Part shown: positions 26,797 through 32,382 of the stretch, in pieces
How the letters are laid out: every line of letters starts with the position of its first letter
How positions within the stretch are numbered: position 1 is the first letter of the stretch
NCBI GenBank assembly: GCA_041635755.1
Contig: JBFKUL010000003.1
Span: 1-32,382 of the forward strand
DNA from: Burkholderiales bacterium
GTDB lineage: Bacteria > Pseudomonadota > Gammaproteobacteria > Burkholderiales > SG8-39
DNA: 32,382 nucleotides
Direction of reading: 5' to 3'
The notes under the pieces: generated by a model
Database searches by the model: none
The model's input: the letters and a program-made list of their open reading frames with translations, nothing else
What the model was told of the DNA's origin: nothing
Position numbers and translations under genes: made by a program

Positions 26797-26802
26797 TAAG
26801 AT
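26797..26802 (+). promoter_or_regulatory. -10 box (TAAGAT) for aroQ-accB-accC
   Basis: TGCGC-TAAGAT 20 nt upstream of the aroQ ATG. Confidence 0.45.
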
Positions 26803-26822
26803 GCTGCCTTCTGCAGCAAAAA

Positions 26823-27299
26823 ATGAAAAAGTCGCCAAAATCGCGAAAGCGCTCGGTGCTGGTCATTCATGGCCCGAACCTGAATCTGCTCGGCAAGCGA
26901 GAGCCGGGCGTTTACGGCCGTGACACGCTTTCGGCGATCAACCGGCGGCTTGCGGCTGCGGCAGGCGCTGCGGGCGTCGCGCTTGAGTGCTTTCAAAGCA
27001 ATATCGAGGGCGCTCTGGTGGAGCGCGTACAGCAGGCGGGCCGGGAGGAGGTGGATTTCATCATCATCAATCCCGCCGGCTATACCCACACCAGCGTGGC
27101 ACTGCGCGATGCGCTTGCTGCAGTGGCGATTCCGTTCATCGAAGTTCATCTGTCCAATGTGCACGCGCGCGAGCCGTTTCGCCATCACTCCTATTTTTCC
27201 GACCTTGCGGTCGGCACCATTTGCGGACTCGGCGGCCGGGGCTACGAGCTGGCGCTCGACTTTGCGTCCGGGGAAAAGCTAGGGGGCACGGGGCGCTGA
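26823..27299 (+). CDS. aroQ: Type II 3-dehydroquinate dehydratase
   Basis: [45 protein letters not shown]. Confidence 0.96.
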   Translation: MKKSPKSRKRSVLVIHGPNLNLLGKREPGVYGRDTLSAINRRLAAAAGAAGVALECFQSNIEGALVERVQQAGREEVDFIIINPAGYTHTSVALRDALAAVAIPFIEVHLSNVHAREPFRHHSYFSDLAVGTICGLGGRGYELALDFASGEKLGGTGR

Positions 27300-27353
27300 C
27301 CCCGGCTCGCGACGGGGTGCCGGCGAGGGCTGGCGCCTGGAACAGGGGGGTTC

Positions 27354-27818
27354 ATGGATCTGCGCAAGCTGAAGAAGCTGATCGACCTGGTGGAGGACTC
27401 GGGCATCTCGGAGCTCGAGATCACCGAGGGCGAGGAGAAGGTCAAGATCGTCAAGGGCGGATCCGTAACCACGACGCAAGTCGCCGCGCCCGCACCCGTG
27501 GCCCAGGCAGCAGCAGCGGCGCGCCCGCCGGCGGCCGCAGGCCCGGAGGCGCCGACCGAGGGCGAGCCGCCTTCGGCGCCCGAAGGACACGCCATGAAGT
27601 CGCCGATGGTGGGCACCTTCTACCGCTCGGCGTCGCCCGACTCCAAGCCGTTTGTCGAGGTCGGCCAGACAGTCAAGGAGGGCCAGACCGTCTGCATCAT
27701 CGAGGCCATGAAGCTGATGAACGAGATCGAGTGTGACAAGGCCGGGGTGGTGAAGGCCGTGCTGGTCGAGAACGGCCAGCCGGTGGAGTACGGGCAGCCG
27801 CTGTTCCTGATCGACTAG
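27354..27818 (+). CDS. accB: Acetyl-CoA carboxylase biotin carboxyl carrier protein
   Basis: [12 protein letters not shown], Ala/Pro linker, SPMVGTFY, biotinylation motif EAMKLMNEI. Confidence 0.97.
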   Translation: MDLRKLKKLIDLVEDSGISELEITEGEEKVKIVKGGSVTTTQVAAPAPVAQAAAAARPPAAAGPEAPTEGEPPSAPEGHAMKSPMVGTFYRSASPDSKPFVEVGQTVKEGQTVCIIEAMKLMNEIECDKAGVVKAVLVENGQPVEYGQPLFLID

Positions 27819-29174
27819 ATGTTCGAGAAGATCCTCATCGCCAACCGGGGCGAGATCGCACTTCGCATTCAGCGCGCGTGCCGCGAGATGGGCATTCGCA
27901 CGGTGGTCGTGTACTCCGAGGCCGACACCGAGGCCAAGTACGTCAAGCTCGCCGACGAGGCCGTGTGCATCGGCCCGCCGCCGGCCTCGCAGAGCTACCT
28001 GAATATCCCTGCAATCATCAGCGCTGCCGAGGTCACCGACGCCGAGGCGATCCACCCGGGCTACGGCTTCCTGTCGGAGAACGCCGATTTCGCGGACAAG
28101 GTCGAGCGCTCGGGGTTCGTGTTCATCGGCCCGCGGCCGGAAAACATCCGTTTGATGGGCGACAAGGTGAGCGCGAAGAACGCCATGAACAAGGCGGGCG
28201 TGCCCTGCGTGCCGGGCTCCGAAGGAACGCTTCCCGAGGACCCCAAGGAAATCGTGCGCATCGCGCGCAAGGTCGGCTACCCCGTCATCATCAAGGCCGC
28301 GGGTGGTGGCGGCGGGCGCGGCATGCGCGTGGTGCACACCGAGGCGGCGCTGCTGAACGCGGTCAACATGACGCGCAGCGAGGCGGCCGCGGCGTTCAGC
28401 AATCCGATGGTATACATGGAGAAGTACCTGGAGAACCCGCGCCACATCGAGATTCAGGTGCTGGCCGATACCCACAAGAACGCCGTACACCTCGGCGAGC
28501 GCGACTGCTCGCTGCAGCGCCGCCACCAGAAGGTGATCGAAGAAGCGCCGGCGCCGGACCTGTCCGTCAAGCTGCGCGACAAGATCGGTGAGCGCTGCGT
28601 CGAGGCGTGCAGAAAGATCGGCTATCGCGGCGCGGGGACGTTCGAATTTCTGTACGAGAAGGACGAGTTCTTCTTCATCGAGATGAACACGCGGGTGCAG
28701 GTCGAGCATCCGGTGACCGAGCTCATCACCGGCATCGACATCGTGCAGCAGCAGATACACATCGCCGCCGGCGAGAAGCTGCCTTTCCGGCAAAGGGACA
28801 TTCCATTCCGCGGCCATGCCATCGAGTGCCGCATCAACGCCGAGGACCCTTACAAATTCACCCCATCGCCGGGGCGCATCAGCTCCTACCATGCGCCGGG
28901 CGGGCCCGGCATTCGAGTCGACTCGCACGTCTATCAAGGCTACACCGTGCCACCGAACTACGATTCGATGGTCGGCAAGGTGATTGCATTCGGTGCGACG
29001 CGCGAGCAGGCGATTCGGCGCATGCGCGTGGCGCTCTCGGAGATGGTGGTCGAGGGCGTCAAGACCAATATTCCGCTGCACCAGGATCTGCTGCACGACA
29101 CTCGTTTTTTGCGCGGTGGCGTTTCGATCCACTACCTCGAGCAGAAGTTGGCGCAGGAGCAGAAGAAGAAGTAG
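27819..29174 (+). CDS. accC: Acetyl-CoA carboxylase biotin carboxylase subunit
   Basis: [52 protein letters not shown]. Confidence 0.97.
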   Translation: MFEKILIANRGEIALRIQRACREMGIRTVVVYSEADTEAKYVKLADEAVCIGPPPASQSYLNIPAIISAAEVTDAEAIHPGYGFLSENADFADKVERSGFVFIGPRPENIRLMGDKVSAKNAMNKAGVPCVPGSEGTLPEDPKEIVRIARKVGYPVIIKAAGGGGGRGMRVVHTEAALLNAVNMTRSEAAAAFSNPMVYMEKYLENPRHIEIQVLADTHKNAVHLGERDCSLQRRHQKVIEEAPAPDLSVKLRDKIGERCVEACRKIGYRGAGTFEFLYEKDEFFFIEMNTRVQVEHPVTELITGIDIVQQQIHIAAGEKLPFRQRDIPFRGHAIECRINAEDPYKFTPSPGRISSYHAPGGPGIRVDSHVYQGYTVPPNYDSMVGKVIAFGATREQAIRRMRVALSEMVVEGVKTNIPLHQDLLHDTRFLRGGVSIHYLEQKLAQEQKKK

Positions 29175-29176
29175 GC

Positions 29177-30067
29177 ATGCCCTGGCTCGCGCTCACCGTA
29201 GAGCTCGAGGAAGCCGCGTCCGAGGCCTTCTCCGACGCGCTGATCGAAGCGGGCGCGGCGTCCGTAGCGCTCGAAGACGCGGAAGCCGGCAGTGCTGCGG
29301 AGACGCCGCGCTTCGCGGAACCGTCGTCAGACTCGCCGAACGCGTGGCGACGCAACCGAATCTCCGCCCTCATCGAGACCGATGCCGATCCAACTGCCAT
29401 TCTCGGTGCCGCCGCGCGCGCCTCTGGACTGGACGAGGTGCCCGCCTATCGCATCGCGCGGGTCGAAGACGAGGATTGGGTGCGCGCCACGCAGGCGCAC
29501 TTTGAGCCCATGACGATCGGCGAGCGGCTGTGGGTCGGACCGAGCTGGCACGAGCCGCCTGGCGCGCAATTCGCGGTGGTGCGGCTTGATCCCGGGCTCG
29601 CCTTCGGCACCGGTAGCCATGCCACGACACGCCTCGCACTCGGGTTCGTAGAACGAACGCTCGCCGGCGGCGAGCGCGTGCTGGACTACGGGTGCGGCTC
29701 CGGTATATTGGGGATCGCCGCCGCCAAGCTCGGCGCGGCAAGCGTCGACGCAGTGGACCTGGATCGTCAGGCGCTCGAGGCCGCGGCCGCCAACGCCAGA
29801 GCAAACGGCGTTGCGCTGCGGATCGTCTCTCCGGACGCGCTCCCCGGGGGCGACTATGACGTGGTGGTAGCCAATATTCTCGCCAAGCCGCTCATGATTC
29901 TCGCGCCGTTGCTCGCCAGTCGAACGCGCCGCGGCGGGCACCTCGCGCTGTCGGGCATCCTTGAGACGCAGGCCGCGGAAGTCGTCGCCGCCTACCGCGG
30001 CCGCTTCGATATAGCAGTAGCGCGCACGGAAGAGGGTTGGGCCTTGCTTGAGGGAACGCGACGGTGA
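29177..30067 (+). CDS. prmA: Ribosomal protein L11 methyltransferase
   Basis: Start ATG 29177 (MPWLAL); DW, DPGLAFGTG.H.TT, SAM motif LDYGCGSGIL, ANILA, LSGIL. Confidence 0.95.
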   Translation: MPWLALTVELEEAASEAFSDALIEAGAASVALEDAEAGSAAETPRFAEPSSDSPNAWRRNRISALIETDADPTAILGAAARASGLDEVPAYRIARVEDEDWVRATQAHFEPMTIGERLWVGPSWHEPPGAQFAVVRLDPGLAFGTGSHATTRLALGFVERTLAGGERVLDYGCGSGILGIAAAKLGAASVDAVDLDRQALEAAAANARANGVALRIVSPDALPGGDYDVVVANILAKPLMILAPLLASRTRRGGHLALSGILETQAAEVVAAYRGRFDIAVARTEEGWALLEGTRR

Positions 30068-30954
30068 CGTTGGCTACGCGCTGCCCGACCTGCGGCACCG
30101 CGTTTCGCGTCCTTCCGGCGCAGCTTTCGGTGCGCGGCGGACGCGTGCGCTGCGGCAAATGCGGCACCGTGTTCGACGGCGTGGCCGGACTTCTGGCCGA
30201 AGGCGCTGCCGGCTCTGGCCTGCCCGAACCCTCGCCCCAGCTCGGGCTGTTCGATCCGTCGCGCCGCGCGGCCGCGACAGGCGAACCGGCTGCGCCCCCG
30301 CGCCGCATTGCGCCGGTGCCCGTGGCCCAGGCGAGTGCGCCGAAAGCAGCACCGATCAAGCCACCACCCGTACCGCGCCCAACGCCGGCGCCCGCGCGCC
30401 CCCGCGCGCTGCCCCTGGACGAAGACGAGCTGCAGGCGGATTTTCTCGTCGACGAGGCGCCGCGACCCCGCTATACGATGCTTTGGGGCTTTCTCGCGCT
30501 GCTTGCGCTGATTGCGCTGCTCGGACAGGCCGCCCATCACTACCGCACGGAAATCGCGGCGCAGCTTCCTGCGACGCGCTCGGCGTTCGCGGCCGTCTGC
30601 GAGCTGCTCGGCTGTGAGCTGCGGTTGCCCCACCGGCCGGAGTTGATGAGCATCGAGTCATCCGACTTGCAGGCCGATCCGAAGCGCGAGAATGTGATCG
30701 TGCTGAGCGCCGTCATTCGAAACCGCGCGCGCTTCGCGCAGGAGCACCCGGCGCTCGAGCTGACGCTGACCGACGGCGCAGATCGCGCTTTGGTACGGCG
30801 CGTGCTGCTGCCGAAAGATTATCTCGACCCACGTCGCGCCGCCGAGCTGCGCGAGCAAGGCATCGCGCCTGGCGCCGAAGCGCTGTTGCGGGTCACGCTG
30901 GACGCCAGTCGCGTGCGTGCCACCGGGTACCGCCTCTACCTGTTCTACCCTTGA
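30064..30954 (+). CDS. Zinc-ribbon + DUF3426 bitopic membrane protein
   Basis: TRCPTC.T.FRV...QL....G.VRCGKC..VF, Pro/Ala-rich linker, TM, C...GC, P.LEL.L.D, GYR...FYP C-terminus; GTGA overlap with prmA. Confidence 0.88.
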   Translation: MTLATRCPTCGTAFRVLPAQLSVRGGRVRCGKCGTVFDGVAGLLAEGAAGSGLPEPSPQLGLFDPSRRAAATGEPAAPPRRIAPVPVAQASAPKAAPIKPPPVPRPTPAPARPRALPLDEDELQADFLVDEAPRPRYTMLWGFLALLALIALLGQAAHHYRTEIAAQLPATRSAFAAVCELLGCELRLPHRPELMSIESSDLQADPKRENVIVLSAVIRNRARFAQEHPALELTLTDGADRALVRRVLLPKDYLDPRRAAELREQGIAPGAEALLRVTLDASRVRATGYRLYLFYP

Positions 30955-30969
30955 GCATTGGAACCGAAC

Positions 30970-31911
30970 GTGCACATCCTCGTCACCGGATCGATCGCTT
31001 ACGACACCATCATGGTGTTTCCGGATCGCTTCAAAAACCACCTGCTCGCGGACCAGCTGCATATTCTCAACGTGTGTTTCCTCACCCCCGAGATGCGGCG
31101 CGAGTACGGCGGCACCGCGGGAAACATCGGCTACAACCTCAAGCGCCTGGGCGCCGAGCCGCTGGTCATGGCGACCGTCGGCCAGGATATCCAGCCTTAT
31201 CTCGAACGCTTCGATGCGCTTGGCATCGGTTCGGCGCATCTGCGCCGCATTCGCGGACAGTTCACTGCGCAGGCGTTCATCACTACCGACCTGGACGACA
31301 ACCAGATCACCGCGTTCCACCCGGGCGCGATGAACTTCTCGCACGAGAACCGCGTCTCGTCCACGCTCGGGGTGCGGCTCGCGATCGTCTCCCCCGACGG
31401 CAAGCAGGGGATGCAGGAGCACGCGCGCCAATGCGCCGAACACGGTATTCCGTTCCTGTTCGATCCGGGGCAGGGGCTGCCGATGTTCTCGGGCGCGGAG
31501 CTGGCCGAATTCGTGCAACTTGCCGACTACGTGGCGGTCAACGATTATGAGGGGAAGATGTTGCAGGAACGTACCGGCCGCAAACTCGAAGCCCTGGCGC
31601 GCGAGGTCAAGGCGCTGGTGGTGACGCTTGGCGCGCGCGGCTCGCTGGTGTTCGCGGGCGGTCAACGCCATGAGATTCCGAGCGTTGAGGCTGAAAAGCT
31701 GGTCGATCCGACGGGGTGCGGCGACGCCTATCGCGCGGGCCTGCTCTACGGCGTCGCGCAGGGCTGGGACTGGCCGGTTTGCGGGCGGCTGGGCGCGGTG
31801 ATGGGCGCGGTTAAGATCGCGCATCGCGGGGCGCAGAATCACCCGGTGGAGCGCCGGGATATCGAAGCGCGCTACCAGCGCGCGTTTGGCTATTCGCCTT
31901 GGAAAGGATGA
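30970..31911 (+). CDS. PfkB family carbohydrate kinase, adenosine-kinase-like
   Basis: TGSIAYD, GG.AGN, FDPGQ, N.YE, PfkB signature DPTGCGDAYRAG. Start is GTG 30970 or TTG 30958. Confidence 0.88.
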   Translation: MHILVTGSIAYDTIMVFPDRFKNHLLADQLHILNVCFLTPEMRREYGGTAGNIGYNLKRLGAEPLVMATVGQDIQPYLERFDALGIGSAHLRRIRGQFTAQAFITTDLDDNQITAFHPGAMNFSHENRVSSTLGVRLAIVSPDGKQGMQEHARQCAEHGIPFLFDPGQGLPMFSGAELAEFVQLADYVAVNDYEGKMLQERTGRKLEALAREVKALVVTLGARGSLVFAGGQRHEIPSVEAEKLVDPTGCGDAYRAGLLYGVAQGWDWPVCGRLGAVMGAVKIAHRGAQNHPVERRDIEARYQRAFGYSPWKG

Positions 31912-31915
31912 CATC

Positions 31916-32362
31916 ATGAGAAATACGTTGATTCTGGCACTTCTCGCCGCCGTGCTTGCGGGCTGCGCCAGCAGCAAATCAGGCAGCGTTTATTCGCGCG
32001 ACGAGGCGCGCCGCGAGCAGACCGTGCGCATGGCGACGGTTGAATCGGTGCGCACCGTGCTGATCGAAGGCACGCGCAGCGGCGTCGGCACCGCCGCAGG
32101 CGGCGTGGTGGGCGGCATCGCCGGCAGCGAAGTAGGGCGCGGCAAGGGTGCCGCCGTCGGCGCGGTGCTCGGCGCGGTCGCGGGTGGCGTCGCCGGTTCC
32201 GCGATCGAGGAGGGCACGACGCGCCGCGACGGAATCGAGATCACCGTGCGGCTCGACACCGGCGGCCTGCGTGCGATCGTGCAGGAAGCCGATGAGCCGT
32301 TCAAACCCGGTGAACGTGTGCGCCTGGTCACCAACCGCGGTGTCACGCGCGTCACGCACTGA
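31916..32362 (+). CDS. slyB: SlyB/Pcp-like glycine-zipper 2TM outer-membrane lipoprotein
   Basis: ATG 31916, lipobox LAGC, glycine zipper (G..AGG..GG..GS..G.G.G....A..GA..GG..G), E.TV.LD.G....IVQ. Confidence 0.85.
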   Translation: MRNTLILALLAAVLAGCASSKSGSVYSRDEARREQTVRMATVESVRTVLIEGTRSGVGTAAGGVVGGIAGSEVGRGKGAAVGAVLGAVAGGVAGSAIEEGTTRRDGIEITVRLDTGGLRAIVQEADEPFKPGERVRLVTNRGVTRVTH

Positions 32363-32382
32363 GCCTAACGAGGTGTGGCGCC

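Noticed and set aside
27279-29132. 617-aa minus-strand ORF opposite accBC
   Set aside because: Mirror frame caused by strong codon bias in highly expressed genes.
1559-30067. Long N-terminal extensions in the ORF track (rlpA 2716, pyrB 4852, pilH 15460, thiD 15399, thiE 16283, mtgA 20023, prmA 28607) that could suggest fusions or overlapping genes
   Set aside because: The extensions run through neighbouring genes in other frames. Internal starts with family-typical N-termini, and often stop/start overlaps, fit better.
1-32382. CRISPR arrays, IS elements, integrases, prophage, tRNA/rRNA, defence or toxin-antitoxin systems, frameshifted pseudogenes
   Set aside because: No regularly spaced repeats, transposase or recombinase motifs or cloverleaf sequences seen. 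All spacers are under 170 bp, and the recognised genes look intact.

Overview
This is a GC-rich (about 68% by eye), almost fully coding window of core genome. Gene order suggests a betaproteobacterium (inference). A 15.7-kb minus-strand run reads rubredoxin, pilG-pilH-pilI-pilJ-chpA (type IV pilus Pil-Chp chemosensory system, no pilK/chpB in the window), algH/yqgE, ruvX/yqgF, pyrR, pyrB, pyrC', rlpA, dacC and a D-amino-acid aminotransferase cut by the left edge. Next come thiD-thiE-hemL on the plus strand. These converge on a minus-strand block: mpl, a small membrane protein, YqiA esterase, RNB ribonuclease, a TonB-like protein, aroE, mtgA. The final plus-strand block is a nucleotidyltransferase-like hypothetical, TlpA, aroQ-accB-accC-prmA, a zinc-ribbon/DUF3426 protein, a PfkB kinase and a SlyB-like lipoprotein. 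I saw no rRNA, tRNA, CRISPR array, transposase, integrase, phage or defence genes, and I cannot support a clearly new multi-gene system. The best leads are the degenerate nucleotidyltransferase-like gene overlapping a possibly Tat-exported TlpA, an orphan 3-TM protein, the metal-ligand-deficient PyrC', a methylation-free Pil-Chp cluster, overlapping opposite-strand promoters at rubredoxin/thiD, tandem TGC-N3-GCA boxes upstream of algH, and a structured tonB-aroE spacer.
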